DNA of 64,000 bases from Bradyrhizobiaceae bacterium (lineage in GTDB: Bacteria > Pseudomonadota > Alphaproteobacteria > Rhizobiales > Xanthobacteraceae), in assembly GCA_947481635.1 (NCBI GenBank), contig CANKHJ010000003.1, forward strand, positions 5,353 through 69,352, written 5' to 3'. The translations under genes were made by a program, and so were the position numbers. Below, in pieces: positions 46,855-55,947 of the stretch. The notes below the pieces were generated by a model. The model ran no database searches and had not been told where the DNA came from. It was given only the letters and a program-made list of their open reading frames with translations. How positions within the stretch are numbered: position 1 is the stretch's first letter; each line of letters starts with the position of its first letter.

Positions 46855-47508
46855 CTAGCGCACGGCCGTCGGATCATTCGACTGCTCCGGCGCCTCGTCC
46901 TCGTGCGGCTTGCCCGGCCGCTGCATGCTGAAAATTTTGTCGACCACGCTGTAATCCATATAGCCGAGACGCGCGATCGGCTTCATCAGCGTCAAATCGA
47001 CATGGCCGTTCACGATCACGGAATCATCGATATGAACGCCGATCACCTCGCCGATGATAATCGCCGACGGATTGAGCTTGCCGTCGGACGAGAACATCTC
47101 GACCGTTTTGTTATATTTGCACTCGATAGCCACCGGCGAGCGGGCGACGCGCGGCGGCTTGACGTTGTTGCACGGCAGCATGTCCAGGCCGACGCGCTCC
47201 GGCTCGCTGACGTCATCGGCGAAATCGGCGGAGGACGCGTTCACCGCCTCACGCAGGTCCCAAGTCGCCATGTTGGCGACGAATTCACCGGTCTCCTCGG
47301 CATTGATCTGCGAATGCTAGCGCGGGTTGCTGGAGAAGATGAGGAATGGCGGATAGGACGACACGATGTTGAAGAAGCTGTAGGGCGCGAGATTCACCAC
47401 ACCGGCCTTGCTGACCGTGGAAATCCATCCGATCGGACGCGGCCCCACCAGCGCGGTCCAGGGATTATGCGGCAGTTTATGGTTGTTGCGGCGCGGGTCG
47501 TAGAACAT
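46855..47508 (-). pseudogene. Flavin reductase (FMN-binding split-barrel) gene interrupted by one in-frame TAG
   Basis: The two ORFs 47508..47317 and 47271..46855 share a frame (654 nt = 218 codons). The sequence reads ...FSSNPR*HSQINAEETGEFVANMATWD... with TAG at 47317-47319. Confidence 0.7.
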
Positions 47509-47527
47509 GTCACCAGTTTCCGGCGTG

Positions 47528-48745
47528 TCAGATCACGCCGTCCTGCTTGAGTGATGCGATGGCGCCGTCGTCGAGGTCGAGCTCACGCAGGATCTCCGCG
47601 GTGTGCTCGCCGAGACCCGGCGCCGGCTTGTCATAAACGATGGCCGCGTCCGCGTAGCGGATCGGGTTCGCGATCTGCTTCACTTTTCCCGCGACCGGAT
47701 GATCCAGCTCGAACACCGTATTGCGGTGCTTGATCTGCACGTCGGCCAGCGCATCCGGGATTGAATTGATCGGCCCCGACGGCACGCCCGCATTTTCCAA
47801 GGCCGCCAGCAGGTCGCCCCGCTTCCAGGTGGCGAAGGATAAGGTCAGATAGCCATACATGTCGGTGCGGTTCTGCACGCGCCCGGAATTGCGCGCGAAG
47901 CGTTGGTCGCGCAGTTCCGGCACACCCAGGATCTCGGCCAGCTTGGCATATTGGCTGTCATTGCCGACCGCGAGCACGATCTCGCCGTCGGCGCATTTGA
48001 ACACCTGCTGCGGCATGATGTTCGGATGGCCGTTGCCGTGGCGCTTCGGCGCGTTGCCGGTGAGCAGGTAATTCATCGCCTGGTTGGCGAGCATCGTGGC
48101 CTGCACATCGAGCATCGCGAGATCGATGAAGTCGCCCTTCCCGGTCTGCTCGCGGCGTGACAGCGCGGCGAGCACTGCGACTGCCGAATACATTCCAGTC
48201 ATCAGGTCGACGATCGGCACGCCGACCTTCTGCGGCCCGCCGCCCGGCTGGCCGTCGGGCTCGCCGGTGATGCTCATCAGGCCGCCCATCGCCTGGATCA
48301 TGAAATCATAGGCGACGGCGTCCTTGCGCGGTCCGTCCTGGCCGAAGCCGGTGATCGAGCAATAGATCAGCTTGGGATTGACCGCCTTGAGGCCGGCATA
48401 GTCGAGGCCATAGCGGGTCAGCGTCCCGACCTTGAAATTCTCGAACACGATATCGGATTTCGCCGCGAGCTTGCGGACGATCTCCTGCCCCTTCGGCTTG
48501 GTGATGTCGATGGTCAGCGAACGCTTGGCGCGATTGGTGGACAGGTAATAGCCGGACTCGTCGGTGTTGGTGCCGTCCTTGCGTTTCAGGAAGGGCGGAC
48601 CCCACGTACGCGTGTCGTCGCCGACGCCTGGACGCTCGACCTTGATCACGTCGGCGCCGAGATCGGCGAGCAGCTGCGTCGCCCATGGCCCGGCCATCAC
48701 GCGGCTCAGGTCGAGCACACGAACATGCGACAGCGGTCCCGCCAT
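47528..48745 (-). CDS. Family III CoA-transferase (CaiB/BaiF type)
   Basis: VRVLDLSRVMAGPWATQLLADLGADVIKVERP is the family signature. AGGGTGAG lies upstream of the ATG at 48745. Confidence 0.85.
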   Translation of the reverse strand: MAGPLSHVRVLDLSRVMAGPWATQLLADLGADVIKVERPGVGDDTRTWGPPFLKRKDGTNTDESGYYLSTNRAKRSLTIDITKPKGQEIVRKLAAKSDIVFENFKVGTLTRYGLDYAGLKAVNPKLIYCSITGFGQDGPRKDAVAYDFMIQAMGGLMSITGEPDGQPGGGPQKVGVPIVDLMTGMYSAVAVLAALSRREQTGKGDFIDLAMLDVQATMLANQAMNYLLTGNAPKRHGNGHPNIMPQQVFKCADGEIVLAVGNDSQYAKLAEILGVPELRDQRFARNSGRVQNRTDMYGYLTLSFATWKRGDLLAALENAGVPSGPINSIPDALADVQIKHRNTVFELDHPVAGKVKQIANPIRYADAAIVYDKPAPGLGEHTAEILRELDLDDGAIASLKQDGVI

Positions 48746-48800
48746 GAGGCTCACCCTTCGATACGCCGGCAGGCCGACGAATTTGCAACGCTGCAACGTC

Positions 48801-48903
48801 TAGAGCCTTCTCGGCCTTGATGTAATCAAAACCGAGAAGGCTCTATATTCTTGTCTGACGCGTTTTCTTCACGCGAACCGGCGTCCACTTCGCTTGAAAA
48901 CGC
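48801..48903. repeat. Intergenic palindromic elements: a 14-bp perfect inverted repeat plus a REP-like hairpin with the same core as the 11.9-kb element
   Basis: TAGAGCCTTCTCGG, 17 nt, CCGAGAAGGCTCTA spans 48801-48845. GCGTTTTC...AACCGGCGTCCACTT...GAAAACGC spans 48860-48903. Confidence 0.6.
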
Positions 48904-49014
48904 TATAACGCGCAGCCGGCCTAGTTTGCAATGCTCTAAAAGTCAGGTTATTGGCTTAACATGATACGCCGCACGCGCAACGCGCGAAGACGGCGATATG
49001 ACAGGGAGGATTGC

Positions 49015-49986
49015 ATGACGCGCGGTCGCATGGTCGGAGGCCTGCTGGGTGTCGCAGGCGCGCTGTTCGCCGGGTCGGTTCAGGCTCAGGATTATCCCAC
49101 ACGGCCGATCCGGCTGATCGCGCCATTTGCCGCAGGCGGTCCGGTCGACATCATTGCGCGCATCTTCGCGCCGGCCTTCAGCGCCGCGCTGAAGCAGCCA
49201 GTGATCATCGAAAACCGCGCCGGCGCGGGCGGGGCCACCGGCGTCGATGCAGTCGCCAAGGCCGAACCGGATGGCTACACGCTGGTGCTCTCCGGCCCCG
49301 GCGCGCTGGTGATCATCCAGCACATGAGCAAGCTGCCCTATGATCCGGTGAACGACCTAGCACCGATCACCGTGGTGTCGCGCGTCAACGGCACGATCGT
49401 CGCGGCCGCGAATTCCAACTACAAGACGCTGGCGGACGTTGTCGCTGACGCCAAGGCCAATCCGACCAAGGTCAACTTCGCTTCCGCCGGCTCCGGAACG
49501 TCGACGCACCTCGCCGGCGAGCTCCTCAACATGGAAGCCGGCACCAAGATGCAGCACATCCCCTACAAGGGCGCTGCGCCGGCCATGACCGACATGATGT
49601 CGGGCCAAGTCCAGCTGTTGCTGCCCGACCTGCCGATCGCGCTCGGCCAGGTGCGCGGCGGCACGATGCGGGCGCTTGCCGTCAGCAGCCCGAAGCGCTC
49701 GCCGTTCCTGCCTGACGTGCCGACCACGGCGGAAGCCGGTTATCCCGGCGTGCAATCCGACGGCTGGTATGGCCTGCTCGCTCCGGCCAAGACGCCGCCC
49801 GCGGTGTTGGCGAAGATCCACGCCGCCGCGATGGAAGCGCTGAAGTCCCCGGAAGTCGCCAAGCAGTTCGAGGCGCAGGGCGGCTTGCTCGACCCGATGA
49901 CCCAAGACCAGTTCAAAACCATGATCGCCGGCGAGTCGGCGAAGTGGGAGAAGGTGGTCAAGGCGACCGGCGCGAAGCTGGAATAG
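49015..49986 (+). CDS. Bug-family (TctC-like) substrate-binding protein
   Basis: GGGAGGA lies upstream of the ATG at 49015. A signal peptide is followed by AQDYPTRPIRLIAPFAAGGPVDIIAR and EPDGYTL. Confidence 0.85.
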   Translation: MTRGRMVGGLLGVAGALFAGSVQAQDYPTRPIRLIAPFAAGGPVDIIARIFAPAFSAALKQPVIIENRAGAGGATGVDAVAKAEPDGYTLVLSGPGALVIIQHMSKLPYDPVNDLAPITVVSRVNGTIVAAANSNYKTLADVVADAKANPTKVNFASAGSGTSTHLAGELLNMEAGTKMQHIPYKGAAPAMTDMMSGQVQLLLPDLPIALGQVRGGTMRALAVSSPKRSPFLPDVPTTAEAGYPGVQSDGWYGLLAPAKTPPAVLAKIHAAAMEALKSPEVAKQFEAQGGLLDPMTQDQFKTMIAGESAKWEKVVKATGAKLE

Positions 49987-50227
49987 TCACGGTCGGTTTC
50001 GTGTCCAGGACCAGCGAGCGAAGCGAGCGCAGAGCCGGGAGCCAGGAGGCATTTCGCGCGTGGCGCGACAATACGGTCGCTCTGCGAATCTTGCGCCGGG
50101 TCGGCCGCGTCGCCAAGGACGTGCTGCCGGCGATCCAGCAGCTTGGCGACCGCGACTATGCCGGCGCCACAACGAAGCAGATGGCGGTCCATTAAGGTTC
50201 AACGACGTACCAGCAGCAAATAGCGCC

Positions 50228-51019
50228 TCAGGCCGGCACCAGTTCGAACGTCAGCAATTCGGGCGCGGCCTTGAAATAAGCCTCGCGGAACGTCGCGACG
50301 TCCGGGAACGTGCTCACCGGCAATCGCCTGCACACCACAGAAAATGGCAGCGTCGGCGTGTCGAACGGATACGGATCGATCGCGACGCGCGGCCCACCCA
50401 GCGGCCGCAGCGTCATCGGGGCGCCGACCCCTGCCCCGTCCGAATAGCGCGCCGGCACCGGATCGATATAGTCCTCACCCGGCGGGCGCATGCAGAAATA
50501 GAGCGAGAGCAGGTCCCACACCTGGAGCCAGTGGAAATTGACCCGGAATTCCGCCTCGTCGAATGCCTTGATCTCCTGCGCCTGGCGCGCCTCGTTGCGA
50601 AGGGTGAAGTGCTCGACCGCAGGGTCCGGGTTCCGGGCGGTGAAGCCCGCCGGATGACGTACGGTGTTGTAGCGGTCACGCCACAGGCCGGTGCGGTGTT
50701 TGCTGATCAGCAGTCCGGCATACGGATCGATATTGGTGAGCCAGTCGATCACCCATTGGAATGCTTCGAGTTGCTCGGGATCGAGCGGCACTTGCATGAA
50801 ATTCGCGGCCTTGCCGCTGTCGCCCATCAGCCGGGGCGCCGTCTGATAACGGTACCAGCCACTGTCGTGGAAAGTCGCCGCTCGCACCGTCGATTCGTAG
50901 CGACGCGGCCGGTCGAAGCGTGCGTTACCCCAACGCGCCGCGAACACCCCGGAAACCGTGGCGTGGTCGGGCTGCGCGATCAGGATGAGCGATCCGTCCG
51001 GCTCTTCGCGCACGATCAT
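50228..51019 (-). CDS. DUF3891-like protein
   Basis: The N-terminus is MIVREEPDGSLILIAQPDHATVSG. It lies 4 nt downstream of the MetE-like gene in the same operon. Confidence 0.55.
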   Translation of the reverse strand: MIVREEPDGSLILIAQPDHATVSGVFAARWGNARFDRPRRYESTVRAATFHDSGWYRYQTAPRLMGDSGKAANFMQVPLDPEQLEAFQWVIDWLTNIDPYAGLLISKHRTGLWRDRYNTVRHPAGFTARNPDPAVEHFTLRNEARQAQEIKAFDEAEFRVNFHWLQVWDLLSLYFCMRPPGEDYIDPVPARYSDGAGVGAPMTLRPLGGPRVAIDPYPFDTPTLPFSVVCRRLPVSTFPDVATFREAYFKAAPELLTFELVPA

Positions 51020-51023
51020 GAGT

Positions 51024-52187
51024 TCAGGCCGCCTGTTTCCACAATGCCTTGCTCGCGAGCCGTGCGCCCTCGACCAGCGCCTTGAATTTTTCCCACATCA
51101 CCTTGGGATGAACCTCGGTCTTGTAGCAGGCCTGCGACGAGAAACCGCAATCCGCCGCCGGCATCACGTTGTCGCGCCCAACCAGATTGGCAAACCGCGT
51201 GATGCGCTCCGCGATCAGCAACGGATGCTCGACGATGTTGCTGGCGTGCGTGATGACGCCTGGAATGATCGCCTTGCCGTCAGGCAATTTCACGTCTTCC
51301 CAGAGATGATACTCGTGCTCATGGCGGCAATTCGCCGCCTCGAACGAATAGGCACCGGCGTTGATTGCGAGCATATGGCCGACGACCTCGGACAGCGCGG
51401 CCTCGTGAATACGCGGGCCTTCATTCACGCCATAGCAGGTGTGGAAGCGCACCCGCTCCGGCGGAATGCCGCGCAGACTATGATTGATCGCTTCTACATA
51501 GATCTTGGCCTTGCGCTGCTTCTGCGCGTCGTCCAACCCGGGCTCAACGAAGATATCGGACAGGAACGGATCGTCGACCTGCACCTGGAACCCGGCCTCG
51601 ACGATCGCGAGATATTCCGTGCGCAGCGCCTCGCCGACCGCGAACATGAATTCTTCGTCGGTGCGATAATAGTCGTTGTATCCGACGCCGCTCGGCGCCA
51701 CCGCAGGAACGAATGCGTCGAGATGCGACACGTCAGCCAGCGCGGCCTTGAGGTTGTCGAGGTCTTGCTTCAACGCCGCCTGGCCGCGATATTTCACCGG
51801 TCCGATGCAGAACATCGGCTGCATCGGCGCGACGCCGCCGCCCAGCATGGCGCGCTTGAAATAGTCCTCGTAATACTCGGGAAAGGCCGCGACCTCGGCG
51901 GCGAACAGCTTTGGCCCCCGGCCGGGACGCGGCTCGAACCCCTCCAGCCGCTCCTTCACATAGACGAAGAAGCCGGGCTTCGACATCTCGCCGTCGGTGA
52001 GGACATCGAGGCCGCAATCCGCCTGCTGACGGACATTCTCGATCACCGCGCGGCGCACCCGCGCATCGTAAGCGTTGCGGTCATAACCCTCGCCGCCTAG
52101 CCTGGCTTTCATCATGTCCAGGAGGTCTGTGGGCCGCGGCAGGCTGCCGACATGCGTCGTCACGATCCGGTTCGCGCCATAAGCCAT
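51024..52187 (-). CDS. MetE C-terminal-domain-like Zn protein
   Basis: Motifs THVGSLPRP, VLTDGEMSK, FHTCYG and AADCGFSS are present. GGGAG lies upstream. Confidence 0.75.
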   Translation of the reverse strand: MAYGANRIVTTHVGSLPRPTDLLDMMKARLGGEGYDRNAYDARVRRAVIENVRQQADCGLDVLTDGEMSKPGFFVYVKERLEGFEPRPGRGPKLFAAEVAAFPEYYEDYFKRAMLGGGVAPMQPMFCIGPVKYRGQAALKQDLDNLKAALADVSHLDAFVPAVAPSGVGYNDYYRTDEEFMFAVGEALRTEYLAIVEAGFQVQVDDPFLSDIFVEPGLDDAQKQRKAKIYVEAINHSLRGIPPERVRFHTCYGVNEGPRIHEAALSEVVGHMLAINAGAYSFEAANCRHEHEYHLWEDVKLPDGKAIIPGVITHASNIVEHPLLIAERITRFANLVGRDNVMPAADCGFSSQACYKTEVHPKVMWEKFKALVEGARLASKALWKQAA

Positions 52188-52239
52188 TGCCGTTGCTCCC
52201 TTCGGACGGGGATAGTTTCGTCATGAAAACGTGTCCACT

Positions 52240-52543
52240 GGTCGAACATTATCCCCGCCAACAGCCGGCGGCGCAATGCGCGCCATGATGCCGCGCCGAC
52301 CATCCTGATGCTCGACGAGCCGTCGCTCGGGCTGTCACCGCTGCTCTGCATCGAATTGTTGGGTTCATCGGCGCGCATCGAGGAAACCGGCGTCGGGATC
52401 ATCATGGTCGAACAGAACTCCAGGCAGAACCTCAAGATCGCGGACCGCGGCTACCTGCTCGACAACGGGCACATCGTCGGTTCAGATACGGCGATGCCTT
52501 GTCGAATGACGAGAGGGTCAAGACTGCCTATCCGGGCGAATAG
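52240..52543 (+). pseudogene. livF: Decayed 5'-truncated livF-like branched-chain amino-acid ABC ATPase remnant
   Basis: ILMLDEPSLGLSP (Walker B) and IIMVEQNSRQNLKIADRGYLLDNGHIV are in one frame. RAMMPR upstream and ALSNDERVKTAYPGE* downstream are in other frames. There is no Walker A. Confidence 0.65.
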
Positions 52544-52570
52544 AGCAACGCTTTAGCTGCGGAGCGAATC

Positions 52571-53371
52571 GTGGATCTGGAACTCAAGGGTAAAGTCGCC
52601 ATCGTCACCGGCGGAAGCCGCGGAATCGGCAAGGCGATCGCGCGCGAACTGGCCCGCGAGGGCGTGAATGTCGCGCTGGCGGCGCGCGACGCGGCGGCGC
52701 TCAAGGCCGCGGCCGAGGAGATCGGGGCCGAAACCGGCAGCCAGGTGCTCGGATTCAAGGCCGAGACCGGCGACGACGCTTCCGTAAAGGCCCTGGTCGC
52801 CGACGTGATCGCCGCCTTTGGGCAGATCGACATCCTGGTGAATTGCGCGGCGGTGGCCGGCAGTCAGCAGAAGCCCCCGGTCCTCGCGGAGGTGACCGCG
52901 GAAGGATTCTGGGGCGACTTCAACGTCAAGGTGATGGGCTATATCCGCACCGCGCGCGAGGTCGCGCCGCATATGAAGCAGCGGCGCAGCGGCCGTATCA
53001 TCAACATCAGCGGGACCGCAGCGCGCAACACCGGCACGATCACCGGTTCGATCCGCAATGTCGGCGTGGTCGCGATGACCAAGAACCTCGCCGACGAACT
53101 CGCCCCCTTCGGCATTTCGGCGGTCTGCGTGCATCCCGGCACAACACGCACCGAGAAGACAGCCGGCGTGATCGAGCGCCGCGCCAAGGCCGAGGGCGTC
53201 AGCACCGAGGAGGTCGAAAAGAAGATGGGACGCGCAAACCTCGCCGGCCGGATGATCTCGGCCCAGGAAATCGGTTATGTGGTGACCTTCCTCGCCTCAC
53301 CGAAATCGGCATCGATCAACGGCGACGTGATCTCGGTCGCCGGCGGCGTCCCCGGCCCGATTTATTATTGA
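52571..53371 (+). CDS. SDR-family oxidoreductase
   Basis: Motifs VAIVTGGSRGIGKAIA and NCAA are present. The start is GTG with GGAG 7 nt upstream. Confidence 0.85.
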   Translation: MDLELKGKVAIVTGGSRGIGKAIARELAREGVNVALAARDAAALKAAAEEIGAETGSQVLGFKAETGDDASVKALVADVIAAFGQIDILVNCAAVAGSQQKPPVLAEVTAEGFWGDFNVKVMGYIRTAREVAPHMKQRRSGRIINISGTAARNTGTITGSIRNVGVVAMTKNLADELAPFGISAVCVHPGTTRTEKTAGVIERRAKAEGVSTEEVEKKMGRANLAGRMISAQEIGYVVTFLASPKSASINGDVISVAGGVPGPIYY

Positions 53372-53413
53372 TCTTCCTACTTACCCTCGCTCGCCACGGG
53401 AGGGTAAAAAAAG

Positions 53414-54601
53414 CTACGCCGCCCGTACCGCCGACGGGAACAGCACCTTGCTGGCCAGCCGCGCGCCCTCGACCAACGCGTCGAGCTTCGCCCAGCAGAT
53501 CGACGGCGTCGCGGTGCGATTGCCGAGGCCGCAATCCGTGCTGCCGATCAGGTTCTCGCCACCGACCAGCTTGCCGTAACGGACCAGTCGTTGCGCGACC
53601 AGTTCGGGATGCTCGATGAAGTCGGTGCAATGGCCGACGACGCCGGGAACGAGAACCGCGCCCTCCGGCAGCTTGAAGTCCTCGAACACCTGCCATTCGT
53701 GCTCGTGGCGCGGATTGGCGGCCTCGATCGAGAATTCACGCGCATTCACCTTGAACAGCACGTCGACGATGTCCTTGAGCGGCAGGTCGAATTCATGCGG
53801 GCCGTGATAGCTGCCCCAGCACACGTGGAGGCGGATTTTTTCCTTCGGAATGCCGCGCAGCGCGTGGTTCAGCGCCTCGACCCGCAGCATCGCGTATTTG
53901 CGATATTGCTCGACCGTCATGTCCGGATACATCTGCCAGCCATCGGCAAGGTCCGGATCGTCGATCTGCAGCATGAAGCCGGCGTCGATGATCGCCTTGT
54001 ATTCCTCGCGCATCATGTCGCCGATGGCGTAGAGGAATTCCTCCTGGGTCTTGTAATGCTCGTTATCGATCCAATGCTCAAGCACGCCGAGTGTCACCGC
54101 CGGGAGGAACGGTGCCGGCGCATTGGTGCCGGCGATCGCCGCTTTGAAATTCTCGATGTCCTGCCTGGTTTTCTCGGTCCCGACATAAGTGAGCGGCTCG
54201 ACGCAGACATGCTGGCGGATCTTCGGCCGCTCGTTTTCCTTGCCACCACTGGCAAAACCGCCACGCCCGCTGGTGAAGTAATCGGCAAACTTGACCTTGT
54301 CGCGCGCCGTGATGCTGAGCGGCGCGGGGCCTTCACCGGCGTAATATTCGCGGACTTCCATCCCGCTGACGCGCTCGGTGACGTAATGCATGAAATTGGA
54401 CTTGCTGAGCTCGCCGTCATTGATGCTGTCGAGCCCACACGCGATCTGGCGGCGCACCGCATCCTTCACGGAAGCGCTCAGCGTCCTTTCAAGCAACGCC
54501 TCATCGACCGGCGCACCTGCTGAACGGCCGCGGATCAGCGTGGTGAGTTCGGCCGAGCGCGGCAATGCGCCAGCATGGGTGACGCGGACTTTGTTGCTCA
54601 T
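53414..54601 (-). CDS. MetE C-terminal-domain-like Zn protein
   Basis: Motifs THAGALPRS, INDGELSK, LHVCWG and STDCGLGN are present. Confidence 0.75.
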   Translation of the reverse strand: MSNKVRVTHAGALPRSAELTTLIRGRSAGAPVDEALLERTLSASVKDAVRRQIACGLDSINDGELSKSNFMHYVTERVSGMEVREYYAGEGPAPLSITARDKVKFADYFTSGRGGFASGGKENERPKIRQHVCVEPLTYVGTEKTRQDIENFKAAIAGTNAPAPFLPAVTLGVLEHWIDNEHYKTQEEFLYAIGDMMREEYKAIIDAGFMLQIDDPDLADGWQMYPDMTVEQYRKYAMLRVEALNHALRGIPKEKIRLHVCWGSYHGPHEFDLPLKDIVDVLFKVNAREFSIEAANPRHEHEWQVFEDFKLPEGAVLVPGVVGHCTDFIEHPELVAQRLVRYGKLVGGENLIGSTDCGLGNRTATPSICWAKLDALVEGARLASKVLFPSAVRAA

Positions 54602-54900
54602 GCGTCTCTATACTTTCCTGCCCTGAAGCGATGGCCGCAGAATGCGGTTGAACGCTTCTGAGTCAATCCGAGGTGGCGACAGCGACGCGCCGCAGTCAGG
54701 CGGGAAGGCTTCACAAAGGGCAGCGAAATCAGCGCTGTGCCGGCTTGCTGCAGGGTTTTCCGGCATCTCGGAAATGACCCGCCGACCGGGGATCGGATTT
54801 GAACCCCCGCACCCTGGAGGTCATAATCCTTCCAAAGAAAAGCGCGGCGATCCGCCGTGCGGATCACGGTTGGAAACTCTACAAGGGGAACATTACACCC

Positions 54901-55896
54901 ATGCCGATCAGCCACCCAGTGACGCCTTCGTCGCGATCCACCTGGATCAGGTCAGCCGCTGTCGGCTGCATCGCGGCGATGGTGGCGGCTTTGCCCGCCG
55001 CGGCGCAGGACTATCCGAACAAGCTGATCCACGTCTACATGGGCTTCCCGGCCGGGACCTATCTCGACATCGTCACGCGGCATTTCACCGACCGCCTGCA
55101 AAAGCTCGCCGGCCAGACCGTTGTGGTTGAGAACAAGGTCGGCGCCGGCAGCATGATCGCGATGGAAGCTGCCGCGCGCTCCAAGCCGGACGGCTACACG
55201 ATCGTGTTCGGTCCCGGCGCTTCGGCCGCTGCCGTGCAATTCAAGAGCCTACCCTTCGACCCGGTGAAGGACTTCGTCCGTATCGGCGCGGTGGTCGCGT
55301 TCCCGTTCGTGCTGGTGGTCAATCCGCGCACCACGCCGGTCAACACCGTCGAGGAACTCGCCGCGTTCCTGAAGAAGAAAGACAAGGTCTCCTACGGTGC
55401 GCCGAACACGCTGTCGCTGGTCGGTGGCGCGCTGTTCTCCGACGCCCGTGGGCTGAAGGCGGAGCCGATCAACTACAAGAGTGCCGCCGACGGGATCCGC
55501 GACCTCAATGCCGGCGATATCGATTTCATCTTCAACGACGCCGGCTTTGCCTTCGCACAGATGCGCGAAGGCAAACTCAAGGGCCTCGCGATCACCTTCT
55601 CGAAGCGCTCGGCGAATGCGCCAGATCTGCCGACGATGCTCGAGTCCGGCTTCCCCGGATTCGACTTCCACGACTGGATGGGAGCCTATGCGCCGGCCGG
55701 CACGCCGCCCGACGCCGTCGCCAAGCTCGAAAAGTGGTTCCTCGAGATCGCCAAGTCAGAAGAGACTACGGCCTTTTTCAAGCGCATCGGCGCCGAGCCC
55801 TTCGCGCTGAACGCTGCGGAATTCACCAAATGGGAGGACGCGGAATTCGCGGCGTGGCGTGATCGCGCCAAGATCGCGGACATCAAGCCAAACTGA
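54901..55896 (+). CDS. Bug-family (TctC-like) substrate-binding protein
   Basis: A signal peptide is followed by AQDYPNKLIHVYMGFPAGTYLDIVTR and KPDGYTI. The ATG at 54901 is in frame with the 54799 ORF. Confidence 0.85.
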   Translation: MPISHPVTPSSRSTWIRSAAVGCIAAMVAALPAAAQDYPNKLIHVYMGFPAGTYLDIVTRHFTDRLQKLAGQTVVVENKVGAGSMIAMEAAARSKPDGYTIVFGPGASAAAVQFKSLPFDPVKDFVRIGAVVAFPFVLVVNPRTTPVNTVEELAAFLKKKDKVSYGAPNTLSLVGGALFSDARGLKAEPINYKSAADGIRDLNAGDIDFIFNDAGFAFAQMREGKLKGLAITFSKRSANAPDLPTMLESGFPGFDFHDWMGAYAPAGTPPDAVAKLEKWFLEIAKSEETTAFFKRIGAEPFALNAAEFTKWEDAEFAAWRDRAKIADIKPN

Positions 55897-55915
55897 TCGT
55901 CTTCCCAGGACTCCA

Positions 55916-55947
55916 AATGCCCGGCCTCGCGCCGGGCATTTTTTTAT
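55916..55947. terminator. Bidirectional rho-independent terminator
   Basis: AAAT, stem GCCCGGC, loop ctcgc, stem GCCGGGC, then ATTTTTTT. It overlaps the stop codon of the convergent dehydrogenase gene. Confidence 0.7.

Noticed and set aside
49987-50227. Short ORFs (83 aa plus strand, 71 and 150 aa minus strand) in the spacer after the Bug gene
   Set aside because: They overlap one another and have no RBS or motif. The region looks like a GC-rich intergenic spacer with REP-like sequence.
54770-54840. tRNA-like fragment on the minus strand (GGTTCAAATCC T-loop-like box; a 7-nt loop ATTATGA with U33 and purine 37)
   Set aside because: The T-stem does not pair (GGGGG/CCGAT). The anticodon stem has a mismatch. 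I could build no acceptor stem or D-arm, and there is no integrase or direct repeat nearby. It is at most an old att-type scar. It could be re-examined with tRNAscan-SE or ARAGORN in pseudogene mode.
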